A program made the translations under genes and the position numbers. The notes under the pieces were generated by a model. That model saw only the letters and a list, made by a program, of their open reading frames with translations, ran no database searches and was not told where the DNA came from. Below, piece after piece: positions 43,537 to 56,800 of a stretch of DNA of 64,000 bases. Numbering within the stretch: the first letter of the stretch is position 1; every line of letters starts with the position of its first letter. This stretch comes from Mantamonas sphyraenae STR306 (lineage: Eukaryota > Protista > CRuMs), in assembly GCA_026936335.1 (NCBI GenBank), contig JAPMXV010000029.1:124001-188000 (forward strand). The letters are read 5' to 3'.

Positions 43537-46500
43537 ATGCTCGATTCCGATCGCATCGAACGAGTCCTATGTGCTGTGGTGCTGGGAAAGACCACCGCCG
43601 TGGTGCAGCCAGACATGGACAGCCTACGCCAAGCAGCCGAGTCGTACGAGGGCGACGAGGCCGGACTGGCGGACTTGCTGCAAGACTCGGTCGCCCTTCT
43701 GCAGGTGCTCCTCGACGCACAATACGAACGCATCTGGGCCATCCGCAGTGTACGCCTCTTTATCCAGGCTGTGCGCAAGGAGGCCGACCTGGACACCATG
43801 CAGGCCAACAATGTGCCCAAAGAGGCGCGTGACAAAGGTGAGCGCCGCATTCTTCCGAGAAGCAGGGCTCCTCGAGCGAAGCAGGTTTCTCACACCACCG
43901 GACCCCATTAACCTCCCCCCCGCTCCCGTTGCAGAACTCTACCGTGCCCTTAGCACTGTGGTGGAGCAGTTTGCCGAAGAAAGCGAAAGCCTGGCGTCGT
44001 ATGCGGGCGAGCCGGAACAAGAGGCCAGCAAGCCGGAAGACGACGACAACGACTCCGAATCCGGCGACGCCGAGACTGGCGACGCATCCGATGCAGGCGG
44101 CGATGCCTTTGACCTCTTTGCAGACATGGACTCTGTGAGTTCAGCCCTGCAGGGTCTGGGTGAGCAATCCGAGGTGTTGGACGCCCATAGGCTGTTCCTG
44201 CACCTTGTGGGCGTCGCCTTTACCCAACTGTTTGCCCAAGCCAACTGGACGGCCGACACAGAGATCCCTGCGCACCCACTTGTGCACATGGAAGTGGATG
44301 TGTCGGACAACGGACACTGGGGCAAGCGCAACAGTGCCAAGGGAAAGGCCAAGGTGGAGGATGATCAGTCGTCCTCTTCCTCCTCATCTCCTCATCCTCG
44401 TCGTCCTCCTCTGAGGAATCCTTGCTGCCCGAACTGGGAGTGCTGGGCAACAATCCTGCGCATGCAGCCAAGCTGGAGAAGGAGGCACGGATGTATGCCG
44501 AGGTGAACAACACGGTGCTGGGGCTCCTCTCTGCCAATGGCGAGACAGTGTACCATCGCACTCGTCTGCCCCACTACTGTGCACTGGCCATGGGATTGGT
44601 GCTGGACGAGGCACTCAACGAGCAACTGAGCGCACGCAAGGACACAAGCATCAGTCAACGCTGGTGGAGCTGCCGTTTGCAAATGCTGAGGCAACACACC
44701 ATGGTCCACACAGCTGCAGACATCTACACTTCCGTCCGCGAGGGCTTTGAGACCCTGTTGGCCAGGTTGCAGGGTGGCGAGGCAGACCATGTGCAGTTTG
44801 TGGCGGGGGACGGCGATGATGGTGTGCAGGACACGGATCACACGGATGTGGCAAAGACCCTGCGCATCCGTGCGCACCTGGAGCTGGGCCATGCCTTTAA
44901 TTACTTTGAGGAACATCGGTTGGCCACGGCCCAGTTTGTGCAGGCCAAGCAGCTGTCGGGGCTCAAGGTGGAGATGACCGGTGCCTTGGGCAAGCGCACA
45001 AAGTTCCAGACATTCCTCACCTCCCAGATGGTGCTCAGTGCCGTGTCCGACACAGATAATACGCCCCAACACAGCGACAACAGCGACAAGGACAAGGACA
45101 AGGCGGCGGCTACTGGCACCGGCAATGGCGATGCACCCAAGGAGGTCGAGTTTGAGGAGGATTCGATCCTGTTGGAGCAGGTTGCGTTTGAGGAGGAGCA
45201 ACAGGTGGCGGATTTGCGAGTGGTGGACCTGAGCATCATCCTTGCGTTGTGTTTGGATGTCAAGAACAACAACCCCATGCACGGACTGACCACGGAGGAG
45301 ATGTTCCCGTACGTGACACGCGTGCAAGCCAACCCGAGCAAGAATTGGATGGTCAACACCATGGCCCTGCTGCTCAAAACCCGTCTGGAGGGCGAACGCA
45401 ACAAGACCATGACCCGTGCCGCCCTCCAGTTGCAGGTGCTTGTCGAACAGGTCCACGACGACGACACAAACCTGGCCGAACGCATGCGCTACCTGTACAC
45501 CGTGCCCCTGCCTGCCCTGTGGGAGCTGCAACGCGAGCTGGGCGAACGATTCCTCAAACTGGGTGTGGCTGCCTCGGCCCTGCAGATCTTTGAAGCCCAT
45601 GAAATGTGGGACGAGGTGGTGCGCTGCCTGGTCATCATTGGCAAGGAGGACCAAGCCATCGAGGTGTGCAAACGGGAACTGGCCAAGAACGAGAACGACG
45701 CCAACTTCTGGTGTCGTCTGGGCGAACTGGAGAACAGCGAGGCCCACTACCTGCGTGCCTGGCAAGTGTCCAATCAACGCTCCTCACGTGCCATGCGTGC
45801 TCTGGGGTTCATGTACATCAAGAAGCAGCAGTGGGCCGATGCCATTGCTGCCTTCAAGAACGCCCTGGCCATCAATCCCCTCTTCTTTGGCGTTTGGTTC
45901 TCCCTCGGCTGTGCCCTCCTCAACACTCAGGAGTGGGACGAGGCCGTCGTCTGCTTCCTTCGCGCTGTCCACTTGGATCCAGAGGATGGCGAGGCATGGG
46001 CCAACCTGGCCAGTGCGTACATCAAGGGCGGTCGTCGTGCAGAGTCCGTGCGTGCCCTGCGTGAAGCACTCAAGCAGAAACCCAACAGTTGGCGCATCTG
46101 GGAAAACTATCTCCTCGTCTGTCTCGACACAAAGGCCCTCAACGAGGCTGTCCATGCTGCCAAACAGCTGGTGCGACTCAAGGGCAAGCAGGCGGTCGAG
46201 CCTGCCATCTTGCGCATCCTCGTGGCACCCGTGCGAGCCCCCATCGACGGGGAGCAGGGAGAACGGGCCGTGGCCACATACAACACCCATGTCAAGGAGC
46301 TGCTGGCTGAAATGGGAGCCAAGGCACCCAACGATGCCGAGTTGTGGGAGGTGTTTGCCCTGTACTATGCTTACCTCAGTGACAAGCGCCGCCAGCTCGA
46401 ATGTCAACTCAAGCAATCACGAAGCACCCTCACACGTGGGTGGCACACGGACGAACAGCGTTGGCCTGCGGTGGCCAAGTGCACCATGGCCCTCATCGAC

Positions 46501-46734
46501 ACCTACATGGACATTGGCGACAAAGAGGCCTTTGAAGCAGCCACGGTCCATCTCAAGGGTGTGTTGGAAAAGGGGGAGGAGTACCACAGTGGCACCCCAG
46601 AGTACAAGGCCCTGGTCGACCTCCAGGGCGAATTGGCCGAACGGAGGAAACAGGGTGGCGAGGGCACAGCAGCAAGTGACGAAGCTGGCAGCAGCAGCAG
46701 CAGCAGTGGTGGCAGCAGTGGGAGCAATGCGTGA
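43537..46734 (+). CDS. TTC27: TTC27/Emw1-like TPR protein (intron ~43838-43934; apparent frameshift in Ser tract ~44390)
   Basis: FAQANWT, GALGKRTKFQ, NWMVNTMALLLKTRLE...RAALQLQVLV, RELGERFLKLGVAASALQIFE, then multiple TPRs. Confidence 0.85.
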
Positions 46735-46845
46735 GTGGGATGGATGAAATGGATGGACACAATGAGGATGGGATTCTCCTCACCTTCTCGCCCCCCACCC
46801 CCGATCCCACCCAGCAGAATCAACACACCTTGTCCCAAGAAAGCA

Positions 46846-48202
46846 ATGACCACAAACAACCGTGAATTGGTGTTTGTGACCGGTGGCAGTGGCCATGTTG
46901 GTGCCAACCTCGTGCGTGCCCTACTGGACGAGGGAAAGTACCGAGTGCGCTGCCTGGTGCGTGCAGGAAGCAACAACACCGCCCTGGATGGCCTCAAGAT
47001 CGATGTGGTTGAAGGTGACCTGCGTGACGTCGATTCCCTGGTGGATTGCATGCGTGACTGCTCCCTGTGCTTCCACGTCGCCGCCTTTGTCAGCACTCGC
47101 TTTGGCGACCGCGAAGAACTCTTTGCCGCAAACATTCTGGGCACACGCAACCTCATGCTTGCTTGTGCAGAGGTCGGTGTGCGTCGTGTGGTCTACACCT
47201 CTTCCTTTGGTGCTGTCGAGAATGCGTATCCACACGCCAGCACCGAAGAGAGCATTTTCAACCCCTATGCACGCACCACCGACTACGAAACCAGCAAGGG
47301 CTTTGCTGAGGGTGAGGTCTGTTCTCCTTCTCCTTCTCCTTCCCCCTCTCCCACCCTCTCCCTCCCTCTCTCTCTCACCTCTCTTTCTCCCCCCCTTCTC
47401 CCTTTCCTACTCCCCGTGTGTGTCTCGTGGAAGAACTGACACCAGCTGTGTGCAGGCTCTCCGTGTTGCCGCCCAGACAAACGTGGAACTGGTCATTGTC
47501 AACCCCAGTGGTGTGGTTGGTGGCCATGATTACAAACCCAGCATGGTTGGTATGTGCACCCCTCTCGTCACCCTTCAACCCCTTCGACAATGACCCACTC
47601 ACCATCCCTCCTCCCCAAACAACCCCACACAGGCAAGACCGTCATTGACTTTTGCACAGGCAACATGAAGGCATACGTGCCTGGAGGCTTTGACTTTGTG
47701 CCCGTCAAGGACGTCGTCCAGGGCCATCTGTACGTGTTCAGCCTCACCAATCTCCCTCCTCCACCCGACCCTTCCCTGCCCCCTCCCCACACTCACCCAC
47801 ACTCCACTCACCCACCCCACCTTCAGTCTGGCAATGGAACGAGGACGCAATGGCCATCGCTATCTGCTCACGGGCGAGTGGATCAGCCTGGAGACTTTCC
47901 TGGAGATTCTGGAGGAGGCATCCGGGGTGGCCAAACCCACCCTCAAGATCCCTGTGTGGCTCATCTCTCGTGTGGCCATTGTCAAGGATTGGTTTGAACG
48001 CACTCTGTTCCCCGACGCCATCCCTCGCTTCACAGAGGGCTCCATCTACCTCCTCAACTGTGGCAAGTACGGCGACAACACAAAGGCCCAACGTGAACTC
48101 GGCCTCAAACCGACCCCGATCCGCGATGCCATCCACGAACATGTCCAATGGTTTGTCCAAAACGGGGTCTTTACCGTCCCCAAGCTCAAGGCCAAGTTGT
48201 AG
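46846..48202 (+). CDS. NAD-dependent epimerase/dehydratase (DFR/HpnA-like extended SDR), 4 exons, PTS1 AKL
   Basis: VFVTGGSGHVG, VVYTSS, YETSK (YxxxK), VIVNPSGVVG and GGFDFVPVKDV motifs. Introns at ~47317-47455, ~47550-47632 and ~47731-47826. Ends KAKL-stop. Confidence 0.85.
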
Positions 48203-48531
48203 TTCCGCAGACGACGACAACAAAAACCCCACATCGCACCCATCATTCCCTGCACACACCCCATGTCCACCCAAGACACCATCCCCACCACCACACCCTC
48301 CTATCTCACCACCCCTGTGGGCAAGAGTGGCTCACGTGGCCTCTACTGGCGTGCAGCCCCCGTTCGCGCCAACACACGCAACGGCCACTCGACACCCAAC
48401 CGCAAATCCACACGCACCTACATCAAACGTCGCACAAAGGTCCTCACTGGTGAGAGCAGTGAAGGAAACCGGTTCATCCCCAATGCCGATCTGTGATTGG
48501 ATGCCAAATGGAGTCGCTTCGCCCCGAAACT

Positions 48532-49261
48532 TCATTCCACTCTTGCGTCCCCCCTCCTCAACACACCAACCCCTCTTGACTCCTCATACCGACTCCACAC
48601 CTTCCTCCCTTCTCCCAACCCAATCCCGGCATCCATGGACCAGCCCAGGATCCCATCTGTGTTCAACTTTGGATCTCGCGGCAGCAGCTCCGCGTCTGCC
48701 ATCATCTCCTTTGGGCTGCTGCTGCTGTCCTCTGACGACGCCAACAGTTCCCAAGCCACAAAGCCCCATGCTCCAAGCACTGTAATCCCTCCTGCTATCC
48801 GTGAGCCCCGTGATTTGCTCCAAAAGCTCAATCCTGCCAGCATAGCCCCTGCGCCCACCCTGCATCCCCACACTCCTGGTCAGCATGTCCTACGTCTTCA
48901 TCCCATCATGTACATCCCTCTTCATCATTTGCTTCCCTCTCTCTCCCCCTCGTCTCCCCATGCGTCTCCACACACGTTCCCACAAATTTCCCTCCGTTCT
49001 CCCCACCCTGCAACTCACCCCACCCCCAGAATCCGTGCTCCCACTCCCACCTGCTGCATCCCTTGACCCACGCCCAACAGTCCCTCGTCCACTCGTGTCC
49101 GAATCTCTGCAACACAGCGTGTCAGCGCCACGCATCCGCCTCCTCCGTCATTCCGCACGATACACACTCTCCTGCATACCATCCAATGTATATTCCGTGT
49201 TCCCCCTCAACCCCTCCAAATTCTCCTTCAGCTTGGCCATATCCACGCCAAACCAGCTCAT
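48532..49261 (-). CDS. Possible small multi-exon membrane protein
   Basis: Plausible exons MSWFGVDMAKLKENLEGLRGNTEYTLD, EIRTRVDEGLLGVGQGMQQ and ...RVGAGAMLAGLSFW...IAGGITVLGAWGFVAWEL, with GT/AG sites nearby. Gene structure uncertain. Confidence 0.3.
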
Positions 49262-49325
49262 CGTTCGTCCTTGCTCTGCTTCCACCGACGCACACACACC
49301 ACACCCACACCCATCAAGCCACCAT

Positions 49326-50741
49326 TCACTTTCGCAGCTGCTCACAAAACTTCAACACGGCATCCACGCCCATCTGCAGCACACTCTTGGGCACCTGTTC
49401 CATGGGGTTCCCCTCAATATCAATCACCTCCAACCGTGGCAACTGCGCAACCTCCCCCGGCAGGATGCCCAGCTGGTTGTCTCCCAACAGCAACTCCCTT
49501 AGCTCGTACAGATCACCCACCTCCTTGGGGATGGCTGTCAGCAGATTCAGATGCAGATCCAACCGCCGCAACTGGTTCAGATTCCCAATCTGTCGTGGAA
49601 GCTGTACCAGTTGGTTGTTGCCCACATGCAACACCTCCAGGTTGCCCAGCTCTCCAATCCGTGGTGTCAACGACGTCAGCTGGTTCCCGTAGGCGTAGAT
49701 CTCTCGCAGTGACCGAGCGTGGCCCATGGACGCCGGCAATGCACTCAGTCGATTCAGCTGCACACTCACGTGTGTCACACTGTGCAACTCCTGCCAATTG
49801 CTGGGCAGTTGCGACAGCTCATTGCGTGACAAGTCCAGCACCTTCAGCGCCGCCAGCGACTCCAGCCCCGCCGGACACATCAGCAGGCCATTGTCCCCTG
49901 CATTCAACACCTCCAACTGCTGCAAACTCTCCACACTGGGCAGTTCACGCAGCTCGTTGCACTGCACCTGCAGAGCACACAGGCCTGTCAGTTCGCACAA
50001 CGCATCAGGCAGCGTGTGAAGCCGATTGTTGCTCACATCCAGATGTGTCAGTCCAGTCAGTTGGCCCAGCTCCTCTCCAATCTCCTCCAGGTCGTTGAAT
50101 GCCAAACTAAGTGTCTCCAGCATGCCCAGATGGGTAAACACCCCCGCGTCCCCTTCATCCCCGTCCCCCAGTTGCTCAATGCCGTTGTTGGACAGATTCA
50201 ACACACGCAGACTGCCCAACGTGTCACTGCACAGCAATGCGCTCACTTCCCTCATCCCATTCCCACTCAGGTCCAGCACACGCAGGCTCTGCAACCCCAG
50301 CAGCGCCCGAGGCACTTTCTCCAGCGCGTTTCCACGCATGTCCAACACCTCCAGAGCCTCCAAACCCATCAACCCCTTTGGCACAACTGCGATCTGGTTG
50401 TATGCCACAGCAAGCACACGAAGCGACACGCACTCTCCCAGTGTCGCCGGCAACGCAACCAGACCGTTGCGGCTCACGTCCAGCTCCTCCAGCTCCACCA
50501 GATTTCCAATCTCCTCCGGAATCTCCACCAGTTCGTTCTCCTGCACCATCAGCTTACGCAACGACGGCACACTGCCAATCTGATCCAGGCTCTGTAGCTG
50601 GTTCCCGTCCAGCCGCAGTTCTTGCAACTCCGTCGCCTGAAACACTCTCGCCGGCACACTCTTCAGCTGGCTCTCTGCCAGGTTCAGCTTCTGGCCAAAC
50701 GTTGAAAACTGTGTCACCTTCCGTGCCGCCCTGCCCCACAT
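49326..50741 (-). CDS. Leucine-rich repeat protein (typical 23-aa LRRs, LRRC40/SHOC2-like)
   Basis: About 17 repeats of LxxLxLxxNxLxxLPxxIgxL and a C-cap IEGNPMEQVPKSVLQMGVDAVLKF. Confidence 0.9.
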   Translation of the reverse strand: MWGRAARKVTQFSTFGQKLNLAESQLKSVPARVFQATELQELRLDGNQLQSLDQIGSVPSLRKLMVQENELVEIPEEIGNLVELEELDVSRNGLVALPATLGECVSLRVLAVAYNQIAVVPKGLMGLEALEVLDMRGNALEKVPRALLGLQSLRVLDLSGNGMREVSALLCSDTLGSLRVLNLSNNGIEQLGDGDEGDAGVFTHLGMLETLSLAFNDLEEIGEELGQLTGLTHLDVSNNRLHTLPDALCELTGLCALQVQCNELRELPSVESLQQLEVLNAGDNGLLMCPAGLESLAALKVLDLSRNELSQLPSNWQELHSVTHVSVQLNRLSALPASMGHARSLREIYAYGNQLTSLTPRIGELGNLEVLHVGNNQLVQLPRQIGNLNQLRRLDLHLNLLTAIPKEVGDLYELRELLLGDNQLGILPGEVAQLPRLEVIDIEGNPMEQVPKSVLQMGVDAVLKFCEQLRK

Positions 50742-50808
50742 CTATCAAGACCACAACCGACACCCCTTTTGATTTGGCCACCACAGAGCTCAGCTTTCCA
50801 TTTTTGTC

Positions 50809-53800
50809 TCACATCGTGCTCGATGACCCAACGCCCCCATCGTTCTCCTCCTCTCCCTCATCGTCACTGTCCTCCTTGCGACTCAACACACGGCGAACAT
50901 AATCCGAGAGGGCCTTGGTCTCCTTGGCGTCACCGACTGCGTCGATGTAGTCGGCCAGCACCTTGGCATCCCTGTTCACCTGCAGCCAATGGAACAACAC
51001 CCTTTCCGACGCGAGCTTCACAGGCATGTTCTTCTCTCGTGCTGTACGCGTCACCACAGGCACCACCGCCCCCAGGTGCGCCACGGCGCCGTCGCGGTGC
51101 AGCTTTCCGTACGTCTTTAGCGTGCGCAGCAAAGCCACGCGCGCATCGTTGGGTTGGTCCGTCAGTGCAGCCTCCACTTGTTCCAGAAGCTGACCTGCAA
51201 TGCCCATGTCTCCCTGCACCAGCAGCTGTTCATACGCACCCACACACTCGATGGCCACGCTCACGTTGTCGTCGTGCACATACTGGCACACCACATCCAC
51301 CACCTCGGAGCACAGAGAGTGCGAGGCAATGTCCGACAATGCAGGCACCTCCTTCAGCAGATGGTGCAGCATCACCATCTTGCTGTGACGCACCGTGGCC
51401 TCGTCCTTCCACTGCACGTTCAGCACCTCGTTGACAAGCACCTCCTTCACCTCCTCTCCGCTCAATGGCACACATGCCACTGCAAACAACTTGCCTGCAC
51501 CCACACGCACTCCAGCGTCGCTCGACGACAGCATCGCCCTGCTTCGCTCGCGCACCGCATCCATGCTCTTCTCCGCCAACTTTCCACTCACCTGACGCAC
51601 CACATTCGTCAGCGCCTGCAGGATCGACGGTGCCATCGAATCGTCCATGTTGGCCAGCGTGTTCAGCAACTCCTGTGCAAGCTGGTCCACCTTGGGGGTC
51701 AACGTGATCAGCTTGCCCAGCGCCGTGGCCGCACGCTCACGCACAATCACACTCGACTCCTGGAGCACTTTGACCAGACCCGTCTGCAACTGGGGCACAA
51801 ACGCACGCACTGTGTTGCCTCCCTTGTCCAGCAACACCGTCAGCGTCGCCAACACTGCCTCCTTCACCTGCCACGGGTACCGTTCACCCACCACGCGGAT
51901 CAACGGGCCTGTCGTGTGCATGCTCACCGTCTTCAGATCCTTGCTGGCGGTGTACTGCAGCACCAGACCCAGTGTCGCCGCAGCCACACGTCGCTCTGTG
52001 TACGACCCATACACCAGCGCCTGCTTGAGGATCGGCACCAACGGAGCCGTGCCCTTGCCTGCAAACCCAGGCACCACCAACTCGCCTGCTGCATTCAGCA
52101 CACGACGCTCACCCAGCTCCTCCACACTGCGCTGCACATCTTCCATGTATCGCGGCTGCTCATCCTTGGGGATAGCCGACAACACAGCACTCAACGCCTT
52201 CTGTCCAGCTGCGAGCACCTCGTCGTTGCTGCTTGCATACAAGCCCAGGCACGCATCCATCAGGTCCGATCGGAACAGCGTCCAGTTCACGTCGCTGCGC
52301 GTGCAAAACTCGCCAATCAGTGTGCACGTCTGCACCACCATGGCTGCCTCCTCCTCATAGTCGGCCACGCCATGCTTAAACACCTGCATCAGTGCATGCA
52401 CACTGTCTGTGCTCACGCTCAACACAAGCTGCACCGACGACACACGGCACGCCTCCACAATGGCCGCACTCTCCTCGTCGCCCTCACTCGCGCTGTCCTG
52501 CAACTCCATGATGGTCGTCAGCAGACTCGACACAAGGTCACCCAGACGACGCGACAACACACCGCCACCGGTGGCTTGTGCCACGCCGCCAATCGCACGC
52601 GCGTTGCCCAACGACAGCGGCACCTCCAGAAACTGCGGGATCAGGTAGTTGGCAATCTCCCACTCCTTCTGTCGGATCACGTGTGCCAATCCATCCAACG
52701 CTGCCACGCCATCCTCGCCCGCTGCGTCGATGCGCTCCAACACAAAGGGCAGCACGTCGTCCAGCACGCCGACGCCCGTCTTGTCCACAAGGCGGCAAAA
52801 CGCACTTGCGGCTGCCTCACGCACCTCGGGCAGCCTGTCGCACAACGCACGACGCACAGCAGGGATAAATGCGTCCACATACTCCTCAATCTGCGACTGC
52901 ACCGCATGTTGCATGATCTCGCTCAGTCCCAGACACACACCCTGGCGTGTGCTGTTGTCTTCGCTCTCCAGACCCTTTTCCAGAATGGGCACAATCTCCG
53001 GCAGCACATTGTCGCCCAGCTTGCGCACAAGGTCGCCCAGCGTGCGTCCAGCCATGTGACGCCTGTCTGCACTCTCGCTGGCCAGACACAGCAACACATG
53101 GTCCACAACCGAGGGAATGATGTCCCGCAGTGTCTTGGGTGTGTTGTTCACCACGCTCTTCCACACATGCACCGCCTCCTGGCGCACAATGATCGAAAGG
53201 TCGAAGCGCAGCATGTGCACCGCCGCAAGCACCCTGTTCCTGCGTTCCATGCCCAGCTCCTCGATGATGGCATGGCTCTGCTGCGCCGTGCTGAAGCCCT
53301 CCTCTCCCTCGCGCAACACCACACGTCCACTCGTGCCCGAAATCATGTACAGCAGGTCGCCCATCAGCTGCACACTGCTGTGTCGGATGCGCCAATTCTC
53401 GTCAAACATGCCTGCCTCCAGCGTAGGCATCAGCATCTCCAGTGCCTGGCGACCGTACATCTTGATCACCGTGCGACCTGCTTGCATCGACACAGAACGC
53501 ACCGCATCCATCTCGTCCGACAGACCACGCAGGATTGCAGGCAGCACCTGAGGCAGGTACTGTTCAAACTCATCCTCAAACACCGTCGGCAGGTACACAA
53601 ACGTATACAGGTACGCTTCACGGATGGCTGCGCTCTGGTTGTTTGTGTTGGCCAGGATCTCGTCCAGCAACTCCTCCATGCGTGCCAATCCAAGCGATCC
53701 CAACACCTCTGCCAGACCCTGTGCTGCACCGCTGCGCTCCACCGTCGACTGTGCCGTCTTCAGTGTCTCCAACAGCCAGGGCAGCAGATCGGAGAACTGG

Positions 53801-56800
53801 TCCTCGCCAATACCCGTTACCAGCGAGCCCAGAGCACGCGCAGCCACCGCACGCACATCAGGGTTCGGGTCGATGACTGCGTTCTGCAGCTCCGGCATAA
53901 ACATGCCCACGTAGGGTCCCACGTCCTTCTTCACCGCCAACGAGGTGATGGAACCCACAATATGTGCCGCTTTGCGTCGCGTGTTTGTGCTGCGCTCGCG
54001 CAGGCCACGGTGCACCACAGGCATGATCAGGGCAAGCGACGGGGCGTCAATCACATGCACGTACGTCGTGTTGATCAGCTGGTCCAGACACTTGAGAGTG
54101 TACTCGTTCGGGTCCCGCAACGCACGCAGCACCATGTCTGCGTTCTGTTGGATCTCTGGGTTCGTGATAACCGACGCAATGCGTTCCAGTGCCACCTCGG
54201 CTGCGTTCTGCACACGATGGTGGGTGTCCATCAGCACTTCGCTCAGCTGCGGCACAATCACAGGCAGACACACACCCAGTTGCTTGGGTGCACAGAATGC
54301 CATCGATCCAAGCAGTTCCACACTACCTGCCTTGGTCCTCCACGACGTCTCCTCCAGTGCGTTCAGCAGATGCGGAAGCACAAGCTTGACACCGTGTCCT
54401 GTCAGCTGACCCATGATTGCTTTGCTCGCTTCCACCGTGGCTTCCCGCACATTTGCACTCGGGTCTCCAAAGCATGCCAGCAGCATGGGCAGGATCTGAA
54501 TCACATAGGGCTCAAACATGCGTCCCATGCGGTACGAAATGCACTCGATGGCAAACAAGGCACCCTGACGTGCGTTTTCCTCCTTTCGATTCTCAATCGC
54601 CTCCTGCAGTCGCGGGATGATGTTGTTCGCCTTCAACGACGGAATACCCAACCCCTTGATGATACCAGCCAACCCATACGCTGCTCCACGTCGGTCGCCG
54701 TAGCTGTCACCCTTGACCAGCATAAACACGAGCGAGTCGATGTGGCGCGGCGCATCGCTCTTGACTGCCTTCATCAGCGGCGACAGGGCGTTGCCCACAG
54801 TCGACTGCACCATCTCCGACGGCGTGCGCAAAGCCTCCACCAGCCGCTCCACAATCACAGGCACCTGGGGGTCGCCCTTGTCCAAATGCTCGGCCAAGGC
54901 GCCCATAAAGACAATTTCTGCCTCGCGCACGCGATCGTGGAAGATGCTCGACGCCTCCTCCGACAGGAATGCCTCCAACATACCCAGTAGATCCGCCAGA
55001 ATCTCCTCACCGCGGTCACGGATGATGTGCACGCCGGCGTCGATAAACTGGGCGCGCACATCCTCGATCTCGTCGCCCAGTGCCAGCTCATGGAGAAACT
55101 CAAACAAATCGAGAATGGAACCTGGGGACATGCCGTCACGCAACAGATCCAGAGTGAGGGCCACACCATGGCGCACATGCCACTCGTCCTGCCACGCTTC
55201 GTCATCCATGCTGTACGAATCGCCAGCTTCCAGCTCCTCGTTGGCCTTGTTCAGCAGGGCAATCGACTGCGTGTACAGACCACACAGGCGCTCGATGCTG
55301 TTGTCCATCTGCTGGGGCAGACTCTGGAGCAGAGCATGCAAGGCACTGGCTGCCTGCACGCGTACGTTGCTGTCCGGCGAGGCAAGCCATTCGTGCAGGT
55401 CCACCTCAATCTCCATGCCCACAGTCTGGCCGTAGGCACTCCACAGCGCGGCTGCCTCGGCCGCGTTGTCAGCGTCCGAGTCAAAGCGGGCAAAGAACAG
55501 ATGCGCAGCCAGAAGGCGCCAGTTGGTGTTTGCGTGTGTGCTCGGTTCAGGGACACCGACACAGCCCAGGGCACCGATGCACTGCATGCAAATGCGACGC
55601 ACACGTGCATCCTCGTTGCGCAGGCCGTTGAGCAGCGGACGCACCTCGTCCACACCCAAGGAAGGACACAGGCGCATGAGAGCGGCTTGGGCCGTGGCCA
55701 CCATATCCGGCGGGTTCTCGACAAGCACACTCTGCAGAGTGTCCACCATGGAGGCAAGAGGCAGCTCTGTGGGCGAGTGTGTCTCGCACGTGGTGTTCAG
55801 GTGCACCACAAAGAGGGCCTGGCGTTGCACGTCCAGCTCCAGGGCAGGGGCAAACGGATCGGTGAGCGCAGCACGCAGGAGGGGAAACACAAAGCTAAAC
55901 ACAGGCACAGAGAGGGGGGCCTTGCGTTGGACCTTGGGCAGCGCATGGATGGCCTGCACACTCTGCACAAGCACATCGAGCATGTCAGAGTGGGCAAAGT
56001 AGGCTGCACCGGGGGGCGAGTGCAGTTTCATCAGCGTGTGTGTGATCACTTCGTAGCTGGGATGCATGGCCTGACGCAGAGTGAATCCCAACCTGGCCAC
56101 CAGCTGTGTGGCTGGGAAGCACGTGAGACGGTTGCGCATGGCCTGGAGCGCCACAGGCAACACCTGACGCACACATGCACGCATGCGCTTGGGCTCTGCC
56201 GAGTTCATCACTGCAAGCATGTTCAACAGCATGTCACACTGGCGCACCAGTGCGTCGACACGCGCACGTGTCTCTGCCTCCTCAGCCAGTCGTTCCTGGA
56301 TCGCCAGCTTCTCCCTGTCCGAGCGCTTGGAGGCAGCCGCAAGCGCACCGCCCTCCTCGCCCACAGCCACAATCCCTTGCGACGCAAGCAGGGCCACCGA
56401 CGGATACCTGTTCCAGAACTCGTCGCCCACGTCTGTTCGCAGATAGTCCCACTGATCAGGGCTGCGCAGAGGATTCCAGTCGGCCGCGGCATGCATGGCC
56501 TCAGGCAGACTGTGGGGCTTGCTCAGCTCCAGGGCATGGGTGTAGTACACCGAGAGAGCATGAGTGCCCACATGGAAGCGTGCGTCCTGCACACTCTCCA
56601 ACACATCCTTCAGGAAGTAGCCGTACATCTGTTTGGGGAAGTAGTGGCACAGACTGTGCACCGCATTCAGATCCTGCTGACGCTGCCCAAACCCAGCCAC
56701 ATCGTCGTTGCGGCCCTCTTCACATCGGCCAAGAATCTCACCACAGATCTGCTCCACAAAGGGGCGCAGCGATGTGTCGTCGTGGCCCGCGTTGTGGAAT

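Noticed and set aside
44380-44425. Programmed frameshift in TTC27
   Set aside because: The shift falls in a low-complexity Ser-codon tract of a conserved gene; a sequencing or assembly indel is much more likely.
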